Positions 1 through 15,586 of a stretch of DNA of 64,000 nucleotides are shown here, piece by piece. Every line of letters starts with the position of its first letter. Position 1 is the first letter of the stretch. The notes beneath the pieces are model-generated. The model had not been told where the DNA came from. It made no database searches and worked only from the letters and a program-made list of their open reading frames with translations. Source of the DNA: the human T2T-CHM13v2.0 reference genome, Homo sapiens; assembly GCF_009914755.1 (NCBI RefSeq), contig NC_060926.1, one strand, 5' to 3'. A program made the translations under genes and the position numbers.

Positions 1-616
1 ACAACCTCCTAACATAACACATAGATGTCAATGAGCCTTTTTCCAAGGCCCATTTAAGGTCTTAGCTCATTACCATTCTTTGGCAAAGTCTGTCAGTCTG
101 TCTTCATATTTACTATGCAGAACAACAATTCACTTTTTGTGTAAGGGCATTGCCTTAATGCAAATGTTAACAAAAATAACAAGAAAGAATGATGTAGAAG
201 CTATCAGTTCAAGAATCAGCTCCTTAAAAAGACTGTTTCAGGTCCAGTTCAGAATTGGAGAATAAATACACACATTTGTTCTCCACCTTTCAAAAACCTC
301 CACTGAAATAAAAGCTTAGGATCCCTCAAAGAGTGGATTGGATAGGTGGGGTTTATAGTAAACAAGAGTTAAGGGATTTCTGCCAATTTCTGGAAGGAAA
401 TGGGAGAAGATAGTAAGCTGAAACAAGCAAAGCAGCTCAAAGCTTTAAAAGGAAGGCAAGCAACCTAGCCATTGGAATTCAGGGAGGCCCTGGGTTCAGA
501 ATTAGAAAGTAGGAGAGAGGTTGATATTTAGAAGTAGGACTGAAAATAAGAGATTAGTTAATAGTGTACAAATGAGTCAACCACACCACTGGACACACTC
601 ATCCTACCTCAGTAGC

Positions 617-735
617 CCAAGTCCGTTCAGGTGGTTGGCAGCATTCAGTTCCTTGCAGTTATAGGACCGATATCCTCATTTCTTCTTTGGCTGCATGGTG
701 AGAGCAGCTCTGTGCTTTTACAAGCCTTTACAGGT
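617..735 (-). mobile_element. MLT1 (MaLR LTR) fragment
   Basis: ttcaggtggttggcagcattcagttccttgcagttataggac matches the antisense MLT1D/E-type consensus. Confidence 0.6.
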
Positions 736-1161
736 AGCCTGCAGGAGAGAGGATGTTATCATGGAGCCACACACACACACAAATGCTGAAAACAACTGTT
801 CTTGGAGAGTAAATATATGAGGACTAATATATACTTCACAATAAAAGTTTTCAAAAATAAAATTTTTAAAAATCTCCCAGACCTTAAAATGAGATTAAAA
901 ATACAAAAGAAAACTCAGACAAAATCAATGTAAGAGACAGATATCAAACTGATAAAGATCCTAGAAAAAAGTAAAGAAAATAAAACAGAGAGCAAGAAAT
1001 AGCAGAATAAATAGTAGAATGACAAAAATAACAGAAGAAACTTCCTCCAGGCTGAAGAGTGACCAGAATCTTCAAATGAAAATTTCCACCAAAAGCTAAA
1101 CACACTTAATTCAATAGCAACAAAGATACACAAGGATTAAAAAGAAAAATTCTAAAACTTG

Positions 1162-1602
<441 letters not shown>

Positions 1603-2712
1603 CTAAAATATTGTAGGAAAATGATTTTCGACATAGAATTTATACCCACTGAGGTATCAATTACATTTGAGGACAAAACCAAAATATTTCCAGATACGTA
1701 AAGACTTGGAAAGTGTACCTTCCATGCAGCATTTGTTTTTTAGGGAGTTGCATTGAAAAATATACTTCAGTAAAACAATAGAGAAGCCCAACAAAGAGTA
1801 AAAAGAAGACATACAAGGAGATTCTAAAAATAGTTGACTCTGCTCAGGAAATGAAAGAGAAGTCCCAGACGACTGCTAAGATGCTGCCTGGGAGCAGCAA
1901 GATAATAAAAGACAAGAAGGAGGTCTGGAGGTAGAAAGCTAACTTGCTAAAATAAGAAGTGTGTTTAAGAGTTTGAAAAATATGTAGGGTAGAATAATAA
2001 ACAACACTGCAATAAAAAAAGGAAAACAAAATTCTGTATGAAATGAATGGTTCCATTATGAAGAAAACTGATAGGATGATTTCATGCAATGCCAATGGAC
2101 GACAATTTATTGGGTGGCTTAGAGCGTCTTGAGAGTATGCCTGTGGCAAAGAAAATGTGAGCCTAGCATCGTCCTTAGCCTAGCATTGAACGGTGTTTAC
2201 ACGGTCATATAATACTGATGTCGTTTATTGGTTTTCAAAGTTTAAAGTTGGCAGATAGGCAGAAGTGAGTGCCACTAGTAGAAATGTTGAAAATGTACAT
2301 GTGAAACTGACAGACAATAGAACCCAGACTAGGAGGAGGGTTGGGGAAGGCTAGATCCAATAAACATTTTCTAAAGTAGGGAGTCAAGAGATATTGTCAA
2401 ATATTAATAGGACATCAAAAGGAAATCTAAATATGTTCTAAAGCCAAAAGGCAACCAATGAAAATGATGATGATGTATGAAAGTATTGACAGGTGATATA
2501 GGGAAGACCAAGTAGCGTTGTTGAGGTAAGTCCTCATCTTTCATGTCCAGAAACAAAGAAATAGAAGTATAATAATATCACTGGAATGAGAAGGAAATTC
2601 ACCACAGAGCCAAAAATAGAAACTCCTAGTACTAGAGCTACACATGGTGGGGGATAGTGGGGTGGCCGTGGCCAGAGGCATGTCCTGATCATCCAACTTT
2701 ATTGTGCTTTTG

Positions 2713-2875
2713 TAATTCACAATTGCAAAAATATGGAACCAGTCCAAATGTCCATCAATTAATAAGGGCATGAGGAAATTGTGGTGAGTGAGTGTGTGTG
2801 TGTGTATGTATATGTGTATATATATATATATATATACACGCAATGGAATATATGTGTATATATATATATGCAATG

Positions 2876-2924
<49 letters not shown>

Positions 2925-3290
2925 ATGGAATACCACTCATCCATAAAATGGAACAAAATAAAGGCATTCACAGCAACCTGGGTGGAATTGGAGACCATTA
3001 TTCTAAGCGAAGTAACTCAGGAATAGAAAATCAAACATCGTATGTTCTCACTCATAAGTGGGAGCTAAGCTATGAGGATGCAAAGGCATAAGAATGATAC
3101 AGTGGACTTTGGGGACTCAGGGGAAAGGATGGGGGAGGAGGAGCGATAAAAGAATACACCTTGGGTACAATGTACACTGCTCAGGTGATGGGTGCACCAA
3201 AATCTCAGAAATCATCACTAAAGAACTTATTCATGTAACCAAACACCACCTGTTCCCCAAAAACCTATTGTAATTAAATAAAAATAAAAG
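2713..3290 (+). mobile_element. L1PB1-like 3' end
   Basis: Diagnostic 3'UTR gggagctaagctatgaggatgcaaaggcataagaatgatac...atgtaaccaaacaccacctgttcccc plus A-rich tail. Confidence 0.85.
2785..2932. repeat. Compound (TG)n/(TA)n microsatellite including (TA)21
   Basis: Read directly; (TA)21 at 2879-2920; three copies of gcaatggaata. Confidence 0.95.
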
Positions 3291-3665
3291 ATAAAGTTAC
3301 AGTCCCACCAAAAAAAAAAAAACACTTTTTATGCTTTTGCTGTGTAATTATAGGTTCTTGTTGTGACAAAAAAATTGAAAAGAGACTAATCTGAGTGATC
3401 AGTTGGTGTCCCTAAATGAATCTATGGAGCCTTGGGGAAACAAGGGTTGTTGTTGTGTAACAGAAAAGAAAGTTGCATTTCAGGTTTTTTCTGACAGTAA
3501 CAAGGAGTGTGACATTGAGAAAGTCCCTTAAAGTATCTTGCTGAGAATTTTGTTAACTGCGAAATTCATTGCTTGTAATATATTGACGGTCTGTACATAA
3601 CAACTTAGAAGGCATTCAGGAAATTGGCACACAGCAGAAAATGACCTCCCAATCAAGTTATTTAT

Positions 3666-3987
<322 letters not shown>

Positions 3988-4232
3988 TAAATAACACTAG
4001 TCTCATTCAGAAGGCCCACAGTGTGTTTTCATGTCACCTCCTCTCCCTTCTTTGTCAGAAAAAAATGGAAGAGCACGTGGATGTTTTGAGATGAGAAGAG
4101 ATGCATTCACCACCTTCACCTCCTTGTAGGCTTGTTATTAAGGGAAAGGGAACAAAGGAGTCTCACTTATGTAAGATGACCTTACATAAGAAGAAGAAAT
4201 TCGAGTTGGTGAAAAGAAAGAAATTCAATTTC

Positions 4233-4532
<300 letters not shown>

Positions 4533-5669
4533 TCAATTTCAACAGTCTAATATCCTGGCATGCAAGAGAGAAATTCTAAGACTGTCTCAACTGTAGAAAT
4601 GTTCAGGGGGAAGAAAATAGATGATTATTTATTCTGGTTCATTCATTGTCTCGTTGAGTTTGTCAGATGCCAGATGAGGTGCCTTACATGTGTTCATAAC
4701 CTCAAGACATAAAAGGGAAGAAATTTTAGAATGATTCAAGGATATCACTGTTTTGCCTAATAAGCAAGTAATTCAGTAAGAGACACTTATTAACAAATCT
4801 AAGAATAAAGCTTCCTTTTTAATCACAAAACTGCCTTTCTTCACATTATCTTTCTTTACATTCTTTGACAAAGTACCTCAACCCATCAATATTGTCTGTC
4901 TTATCCAAACTGAAGGATTATAATCCAGATTTAAGAAAATATCTATCAAAATAATGACACCATTGACCATGTACTCAGTATCTGCTGGGTATAGGGCACA
5001 ACAAATATCTCTCGAGTTAGAACCAGGCCCTGTGCTGAGGCCTCCACTCCTCTCTAGCTCATGTGCACTGAGCAGCGAGTGCCACTGGCTCCTTGAAAGC
5101 TGCTCAGGCACCACTGTTTTTAATTCCCACGAGAGGTGCTGTGTGCACCCCAGTGGACAGATGAGGGAATGGAGAGCAGGTGGATACCGTTGGGTAGAGA
5201 GCCACACATGGTTGGATCCAGCTCTAGAAGGACTGACCCCTTCTCTACCCAACTCGAGAAAGCCCACTGTCAATGATCTCAACCTCTACTTTATGTCTCC
5301 TATTTCTGGAACAGAAATGACCTCATGCATATTTCAAATTCTCCAGCTTTTCCTTGCCTTTCCTCCATCTTGTCACTACTCAGATAGGAAAATGATATAT
5401 ACATATATGTTAATCATGTACACTTAATTTCCTAGATGTAATTGAGTATAAATTTCAGGCAAAATGTTAACTTGAATATACTTTTATGTTAAAACTTTTC
5501 CATATTTCATTCACTTATCATTAAGAAAGCAAAACCTTTGCACAAAATATTGTGCTAGCCTTTGCCAGGAGACAGAAATGAGGAGTCATGGGCTGTGTTC
5601 TTCAGGAGCGTTGAGTTCTCCCGAGAGTGGGAGAATACACAGGTAAGCCCAATAGAAAGCAAAAGTCAG

Positions 5670-5992
<323 letters not shown>

Positions 5993-6049
5993 AGTAAAAG
6001 TCAGGTGACTGAGGCAGTGATGATTGCCACATCCTGTGCAGGGCAGCCT

Positions 6050-6250
6050 CTTGGATTTGTCTCAAAACACACTCGATCTAGTTCTTGACACCCATTGAGA
6101 TGGATGCTAGGCTATAGGCAGTTACATAAGATCTTCGAGCCTCAGTTTCCTTATCTCTGAAGTGAGAAAAGTAATATTGATATTGTTAAAAAGGCATGAG
6201 ATTTAGATATAAGTAAAATACTTGTATTTTACTTAGTACCTACTGAATCT
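6050..6250 (+). mobile_element. MIR
   Basis: Core gagcctcagtttccttatctctgaagtgag. Confidence 0.65.
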
Positions 6251-6739
6251 TCATGAGTGAGTCAAAGAAAGCAAGTAGAATTAGGCAGGGTTGTGGGGAT
6301 GGGGAGAGGCAAGCTGTGCTAAAGACAGGGGAAATGGGCAGATAGAATGCAGGGCTAAACACAGATACCTACAACCTGCAGCAGAGGCAACTTACTGAGC
6401 TTAACATAGAGAATACAAGTCACTTTAAAATGTACAGCTCTATGTTACTTTTCACCCCACAATAAAATCGGTCCTTACCTAGAAAAAAAGTAAAGATAAA
6501 AATGAAAGAAAAGAGGGGTGGGGAAAGTAACATACAGGTGTACACATTCAGACCTTTGGCATGCTTACATCAGAGAAAGAACACTTTTGCAAGTTTTCTT
6601 GGCACAACGAATGGTAATAATTTTTAAGTCTATTGTGTCTGTCATCTATTCATATATTCTGAAACTGCTGACCTCTCATTGACAACAGTATGCCTCTTTT
6701 TCTAAGATTAGAAATTTTAAAATGTAATTGCTGACAATA

Positions 6740-7130
6740 AACAATGGACATTATGCTAAGTGGAGTGAGCCAGTCAAAAAAATAAACAAACAAACAAACA
6801 AATAAATACTACATGATTCAACTCATTTTAGGTTGGTGCGAAGTTATTGTGGTTTTTGCCATTAAAAGTAATATAAAGTACCTGGAATAGTCAAATGTAT
6901 AGCAAGAGAAAATAGAACGGTGCTTGCCAGGGGCTGGAGGGAAGGAGAAATGGGGTTGTTCAGTGGGTGCAGGGTTTGAATTTTGCAAGATGAAAGGGTT
7001 CTGTGGCTGGATGGTGGTGATGGCTTCACAGCACTGTCAACGTGCATGATGCCACTGACCTGCGCACATCTTAAGTGGTTAATGATAAATTTTATGTCAT
7101 ATGTATTTTTTCACAGTTGAAAACACTTTT
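6740..7130 (+). mobile_element. L1MB-like 3' end
   Basis: cattatgctaagtg...ttgccaggggctggagggaaggagaaatgggg...ttttgcaagatgaaagggttctg...ggatggtggtgatgg. Confidence 0.8.
6828..6872. mobile_element. Truncated MADE1 (Hsmar1-derived MITE), one arm only
   Basis: ttaggttggtgcgaagttattgtggtttttgccattaaaagtaat matches the first ~45 of 80 nt of MADE1. Confidence 0.85.
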
Positions 7131-9269
7131 AAAAACCATTCTTGTTAGTACTTAAAGAACTGCAAAATAAAAAAGAGACATTTTTAAAGTGTGAAGTGGT
7201 GTGCACAGGTTCATTGTCTAGGTGTGTACTCATGAAAACAAATCTCTTGTGTTGCAGATAGCGCTCGTTAAGGTTGATTTCTGCATATCAGTGAGAGTTC
7301 AATGATCTTACATTCAACATAAATATGACAACTTTACAAACATCCCCCCTTTCGTCCACTGAGTGAGTTTATCAGGAAAACCCAACAAAATCCTTCCAGG
7401 CCTCCCCGGGGGAAGGTACACAGTCCCCTGCTCTGGAGGAGGACATGGAGGCTCACGCTGGTTAAGGGAGTTTTCCAAAGTCACCAGCAGCAGGGAATCT
7501 TCTGAAACTGCTGACAAGTCCGTGCTTTTCCCACGTCCACTTACATTATTTAGGCAAGACCCACTTGGGAAGCTATTTCTTCAAGGCATGATGGGGACTA
7601 GGTTCAGGATGGTAGAGCAGGGCTGTTTTTGAAAGGCGGTCTCTTTCTCTTTGCACCAAGCTTTCCGTAAGTGTGTGGGTGACCCTCCCAACTTCCTCCT
7701 CTCTCCCACAACCACCGCCCTCGCTGCTTCTCTCAGCTTCTCTCCCCGACACCTGGATGACTCCTCTTGGCTACCTGGGGGCTGGCATTGTGGGAGGCAG
7801 CCGACGCCAGTGGGTGCTGCTGGGATCCCTGCCCACACCCAGCAGTTGCCTGGAGATGGAGGTATGCCAGGTATGTGGGCCAACAGCTGCAGAGTTGCCA
7901 CTGACAGGCCGGAGGAGGATTCTTTGTCAGTGACCGCACCAGCCCGAGCCCCTGCCAGCTGTCCCACTCAGTATGCCCTGGCTTCCAGGGCCCCAGCCAA
8001 GGAAGGGTGTGGACATGTGATACAGTGGTGGCCACAAGGCAGGGGTCAAGGGGAAGGCAGGCCGATACTAGCAACAGAGGAAATGACACTTCAGAAGCGT
8101 CCTCCCTTACAAACAACAGCAACTGTGTGTGTCCCAGTGAGTATGGGAAGCTCAGTCTCCTAACATCATTCAAGGGTCTCCAAGTGACTGTGCATACAGT
8201 TTTAAAAATATCACCGAACTTGTTTTTCTTACCCCAGCCATTTTTTATAACTATATCTAGGGAATGGGTTGGTTGACTCTAAAGAGCAAGGAACTAAAGA
8301 AAAGATAAACATGGAAACTTCAGGTTTTCCAGAATCTTGCATATTTCCCTCCTGTTTCCCTATTATAATTTACATTTAAAATGGAGAGATATGCAGTTTA
8401 AGCCAAATGTTTTGAATCATGAAAACAAGTGAAACTCTTTTGCCTGTTCATGATAAACCTTCGGATTTGGTGACTTCTTTCCACCAAGGCAAGATAGGTT
8501 TCACTCGGGGGAACTGAACTGGTGTGGTGTTTTCTGCCTTCAGCCATCTGTGTGTACACTGTGACAATATGGTTCTGTGCTGGATGAGACGCCTACTATT
8601 TTTTCATTTCACTAAAGAGCCTCAAGTTGCTCAGCTACAACCTGGAGGAAGTGTTTGAAAGCTGATTTTCTGATGCCCAGCCCCAGGCCTCCTTTTCCAC
8701 CGCACAACATCAGACCTGCTTTTCTCTAAATCAGAATTAGGCACGCCAATCCAGATGAAAGAGCCCTGTCGTTGAAATGCCTTTCTTTGGCCCACACTAA
8801 GTATAATTTCTGCTCCCATTTGAACTCAACATTTATATTTTAACAGCTGCTGCTCTCTAAGCAAACTGATTCACATAGAAAATCCAGGATTGTGATTACT
8901 TATTTTTTCCTCTCTACACACGAAACAGATTCCCTGGAAACACAGTTATCTTAAGTAGCTGGAATTGTCTAACTTCGGTTACTTTATTATTTACAAATCA
9001 GCCAGGTGAGAACAAGAAACTGAAAAGCAGGAAACAAGATAGGCAGAGAAACAAAGGTCTTGATGGGAAGAGCAGCAGGATGCCTGAGCAGGCCCACCGG
9101 GTTCTCAGGGCTGCAGCAAAAATCAAAGAACAGTCGTGGTCTCGGGACTCGCCATAGATCAGACCACAGCTTCCAACCATGCCACAGGCTGTCTGTGTGT
9201 TCCCTGCACACCGTTCATTTTTTTCCTTCTATTTTAACGATCTGAAACCAAGTTTGGGCCATGTGTAGA

Positions 9270-9570
9270 CAGGCCGTTCGGAGGAGGCTTCGGGAAGGAG
9301 GGTGCATCTGAGACTAGTTGTAAAAGAGGAGGAGGATTTCCACAATCGCTCAAAGGAAAGGGGCATTTCAGAAAGAGAGAAGAGCACGTTCACGTGAGCC
9401 CAGGTAGGAGCACGGGGCACACGCATGAAACTTCCTGATGCTGGAGTTCATGCGCACGGTGGACGCAAGCTTGGCAGCCCGCAAGGCAGAAGGGGAGATG
9501 GTGCAGGAACAGTGGCTGCTCCAGGAAACTTGAGCTCCATTCTGCAGGCTCAAGGAGAGATGAAGTAAGA
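9270..9570 (-). mobile_element. L2 fragment
   Basis: ggaggcttcgggaaggagggtgcatctgagactag...ggaaaggggcatttcagaaagagagaagagcacg resembles antisense L2. Confidence 0.6.
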
Positions 9571-11619
9571 GGAAGGACTCCTTGGGTGCATTGTTCATGG
9601 GAGGACAAATTAGAAAGAGGGTTATCTCATGGCAGGCAGCCACTTCCAAGTAGGGAAGTTGGAGAACTTGTTGTCAGGTGGAAGAAAAGAGAAGACCCTT
9701 GAAAAGTCATCCAGGAACGGGTGTGCACACACATGGAGTGTGTCCCTCATGCCGTAATTCCGATCCAGGTCCTTGACTTAACTGCATTGCCATTAAGCTT
9801 GTGAAAGGAGGGGAAAGCCAGTACCAGACATTGGTTATATGTCCAATATCTGTTTGACTCTTTGTTGGAGGTATTACCTAAGTTATTTTACAATACTTTA
9901 AAAGCAATTCTACAAAGCCCATTGCTATTTTATAGAAATGAAATCTGAAAATGAAGAGGGTCAAGTAAACTAAGAAGTCTACGCATAACTAAGAAGTGGG
10001 GCTGCCTGACCCCAATCCTGCACTCTTGGCTCTTTATGACTTCACTTGTGAGCATACTGAACTCAAAGTGTTCTGGACGTCTCCAGGTAGAGGGCTCTAG
10101 GAGGCAGCTGAGTACGTGAGCCTGGAACTTAGGAGAGTTCCAAGCAGGGCTGTGGGTGTGGGATGGGGTGCATGGGAAGGAGGTTGTCAAAGCAAAGCAA
10201 TGCGCAGCTGCTTAGGGAGGGGGCACAGGAGAGTGGCCTGGCCCTTCTTAGATCATTGTCAACTCAACTTGTCTAAATGGCTTTTATGACCTCAGTTATC
10301 ACCTGTATTAATTCTGGCCTATGGTATTTTGCAGCTCTTCGGGAAATAGTGATCCTTTGTTTCTGACAAAGTTCTTCTTAAAGGGTTTATTGTCTTATTT
10401 ACTAGGAATCATGGGGAATAGAGTGTTACACAATGTAATTTTTTCCCTAACAAATAAAGCTTATTTTTATAAATTCCAAGGCTTTTAATTTGAATCATGC
10501 TTAACTATTTTTCTATATTTTATTACATTGTTTGCTTCCTCCCTAAAGACAGTATATTTTAGTATTTTCACAGAAAAATGAGAAGCCCTCATTATGAACA
10601 TACCTGATTAAATTGAGCATTTCCAAGTGATGTCCACATCACTGCTCAAGTGTTATGAGGTCACAGGATGAACTACTGCCCCCTGAATGTTGCTAGAATG
10701 CTGTGCCTTTATTTATTTCATTGGACAACTCATTCAACATATATTTATCAAGTGACTCCTATAAGAGTAACTAAAATAGAATTTCCTGCTTTTGTAGACC
10801 TTACACTATAGTTGATTCCATAGTGTCTAGTGTTTCATGAAATTATACAAAATTTCACTAAATCTAAAATACCATTGGTAATGACATACACTTTTTAATG
10901 CACTAATATTAAATAATGCTGAAATTAAGTTATGCTTATCTAATGTAAGATACATTGCAATTTCAGATACTAAAATCTGAACAAGTAGACAAACGTTTCT
11001 CTTGAAATCACTGAAATCTATATCCAAATCCCTTAGAAGAGGGTTAGCACATAGTATTCCAGGAAAGCAAAGCTCTAATTATTATTGTTGGATTGTACCC
11101 AGATTATGTTACTATTTAAGTTTCTACTTTATGTAAAGCACTTTTTCATATGGATATTCTTTATCCTAACAATAGTCCATTTGTTACACCAGAAGTAACA
11201 CCAGATACTTCTGAATAATAATGGCAGTTAAATCTGTGGTTTTGTGGAATTTTGCTTATATACGTCACTGTTGATTCAAACAATATAGCAGCTCTAAGAA
11301 CATCTGTGCCTCCAGCCTCTGCATTTCAACCATGAGAGCATCATTTCTCTCCATGATGCTTAAATTAAAAATCTAAATATTTGGTAAATTTTACGCTTTT
11401 CTAGATTATGTTTTATTAATATTATATTCTAGTAAAAAAATAATGTTCTTAGCCTGAGAAAGATTTTACAGAAAAGCTTTAGTAAACATTATACTTCATA
11501 ATGTACCTGTACTACACTAAATGTATAATGTACTTATACTAAAGAGTGAACTATATTATCTTTGAATTTAGGAATAAGATGAGTAAATATGTAAATGTAA
11601 TAATGAGAAACTATTAAAA

Positions 11620-12120
11620 TGCAGTAGTTTCAATATGATTATTTAAATAGAAAATCCAAAAATTTGTACATGAATTAAATTAATAAACAAATTCAATGAA
11701 TTTACTAGATACAAAATTCATTGTCCAAAGGAATTGTATTTCTTTACACCAGCAATAATGTTAAAAATAATAATTTATAAAATTAACTTCATATTTCATG
11801 AAAAGTATAAAATTTAAGAATAAATTTTAAAATAGTGTACGAAGTCTTTATATACAATAATATAAAACTTTTGTACAATAATAACATCAAAATGAGGGGT
11901 GATATGTATTATGTTCATAGGCTAAATGTCTCACTTTTATAATAATGTTAATTCTCCTCAAACATATTTATATTATGCTTGAGTTTGACAAAATTATATA
12001 GGTTTGACAAAATTCCAATAAATTCCCAATACATTTTGTGGAACTTATAAACTATACAATAAAGGCCAAAACAGTCCTTAAGAAAAACAAGTTGAGAAGA
12101 CTTGACATATCATGAATGAT
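11620..12120 (+). mobile_element. L1ME/L1M ORF2 fragment
   Basis: atgattatttaaatagaaaatccaaaa...ctagatacaaaattcat...gtatttctttacaccagcaataa matches the L1 RT region. Confidence 0.7.
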
Positions 12121-12139
12121 TTGAAATTTACAAATTTCA

Positions 12140-13690
12140 GAATTTTTCCCATTGTAATATAAGCATGTAATAGTATCACATTTCCCCAAATGGCTACTTT
12201 AAGTGCATCCTACAAATTGTGATATATTCTGTTTTTGTTTTCATCTTCGTTCTCTTTGAAATACTTTCTAAGTTCATCTGTGACTTCCTCCTTGACTCAG
12301 GAATTTTTAGAAGTGTGTTGTTTCATTTCAGAACATTTGGAAATTATTTATTTCTAGTTTCATTTAGTTGTGCTTAGAGATCATACTGTGTATGATTTCT
12401 ATTCTTTTTAATGTACTGAGACATGTTTATATAGCCCAGATTATCATCAATTTTAGTGAATGTTTTAAATGTGCAGTTGATAACAATGTCTTTTATATTG
12501 CTGTTTAGTGGACTGTTTTAGAAAAGTCAGTCAGGTAAATCTGATTAAGAGTATTGCTTTTCTTCTATCCTTTTGCTGGTTTCTTATCTCATTCTATTAG
12601 TTACTGAAAAAAATGGGTTAGAATCTACAATCTCCAACAATAACGGGATATATCCCTTTCTTTTTTCTGTTGTATATTTCTTCTTTGTATATTTTAAAGC
12701 TCTATGGTTGGGCAATATTTGGTATTGTTGTGTCTTCTTGTTGAATTGACCCTTCTAACATCATGAAATGTTATGCAATTCCGGTAACATTTCTTATTGT
12801 AAAACTTACTATTTCTGTCCAAATCTATGCCCTGTCCCTTTATAAAATAATGATGATGACAAATAATACATAATATTTATTGTTTTTTTATCTCCCATTT
12901 TTAAAAATTCTGGGGGTTTAGATTATTTGAATTTATATAATTATTGATAAAACTAAAATCAAATCCACCATCTTTCTATTTGTTTTCTACTTGTTCCATC
13001 TTACTTCTTAATTTTATTTTTATTTTTTAAATTTTTATTTCATCTAGAGTTTACAATACACATCTTTAACTTATCACAGCTCTATGTAGAGTATAAAGAA
13101 TGTACAGTAGGAGAAGTCAGTTTTTCTCTTCTGTCTTTGCACTAACTACCGTTATCATACATTTTACTTCAAATGCATACATTTAACATGTGCCACAAAT
13201 CCTATAACACTTTATTGTTTTTGCTTTAAATAATCAATTATCTTTTAAGGAGAAAAAACAAAAAATTTTTACATAATTTTTATATATTTCTGGGACTCTT
13301 AATTTCTTTTTTTATAGATCAAATTTTCCTTCTGGTATTATGTTTCTTTTACTAAAGAAATTTTCTTTAACACTTATGTAGTACAAATGTGCTAATAATG
13401 AATTAGCTCAGTATTTGTTCTGAAAAGTCCTTTTCTTTTTGGAAGACATTTTTGCTGGTTAAAGACTTCTAGGTTGGCAAAAATGTTTTTAAGTACTTTA
13501 AAGAACAGCTCTATAGTTCCTGGCCATTTTCTTCTTACTTACATAGATTCTGATGAGGAGTCTGCAGTATTCTTGTTTGTATGTAGTGGGTTTTCCCCCT
13601 CATGAGCTGTTCTGCCCCTCTCTCTCAGTTCTCTTCTTCTGGCACTCCAATTACATATACATTCAACTCCTTGACGCTTTCCCAAGTGCA
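12140..13690 (-). mobile_element. Old L1M (endonuclease region through ORF1), antisense
   Basis: T-rich; gcatcctacaaattgtgatat...ttttagaagtgtgttgtt...tgtatgatttctattctttttaa...gagacatgtttata is typical antisense L1 EN. Confidence 0.75.
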
Positions 13691-13849
13691 GTGCTGGAGA
13701 CTGAAGATTTAACTGCAGTGAGCTTGGACTGTGAGGATTGAAGCAGAGCCAAAAACTGACAGACAGTTAGTAATCATTGCAGATGTTTGCTGAACAATTG
13801 CAAGGTAGCAGGCACTATTCTACTTTTCACCTGTATAATTCTGACTTAT

Positions 13850-14576
<727 letters not shown>

Positions 14577-15242
14577 CTAAACTCATGGGAGGCAGAGAAG
14601 CAACAGCTAACAGAAGTGGGGAGGAGGCACTGTAACAATTACATTGAGGGCCATCTTTGTTTAACATCAGAAGATTACAGGATAAAATTATTTGTCATGT
14701 AGTGAGCCAGGGGTAGAAATCCTGTTTTAAAACTGATTTTCCGTGGCTTCAGCAAATCATAGAATTGTCAGAGCAATTACCCAAAGCTCCAGTGGAAAGG
14801 AAGAGTCAGTCTTGTTTGCATACTTGCCTGGCCTAGATCTTTTCATGATCTTTCTGCCACCATGTTGCTGAAGAAATCTTCACTCCCTTTGCCTGTGTGT
14901 GTTTGGGATGGAATTACTGAAATCATTCCTGAATTCTGCTTACGTGAAATGTTACTCCATGTGGTTTTAATTCCATGAAGATATTTCCTCCAGTGTATGT
15001 GAGTTATATAGGTTGGGAATAACTAGAAAAAGAGATGACTGGGTTAGAAACAGGAAAGAAAAGGAAATAAAATACAACAAAACAAAGCACAAAGCAGGCA
15101 GAACAGGCAGAGGTCCTGCAAAAGGGCTTTGGGCAATGGAGGGGAGTGCTGAGAGCCAGACGATGCCTGGACATGCATTAGAGGAGGTGAGTGCAGGTCT
15201 TTGGGGAATCTTCCTCTGTCCTTATAGTCACACTGTCCATCA

Positions 15243-15586
<344 letters not shown>

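Noticed and set aside
4878-5427. 157-aa and 134-aa overlapping ORFs
   Set aside because: No recognisable domain, antiparallel overlap and no exon structure
7581-8276. Cluster of overlapping ORFs up to 170 aa
   Set aside because: Explained by stop-codon scarcity in GC-rich sequence; no homology recognised
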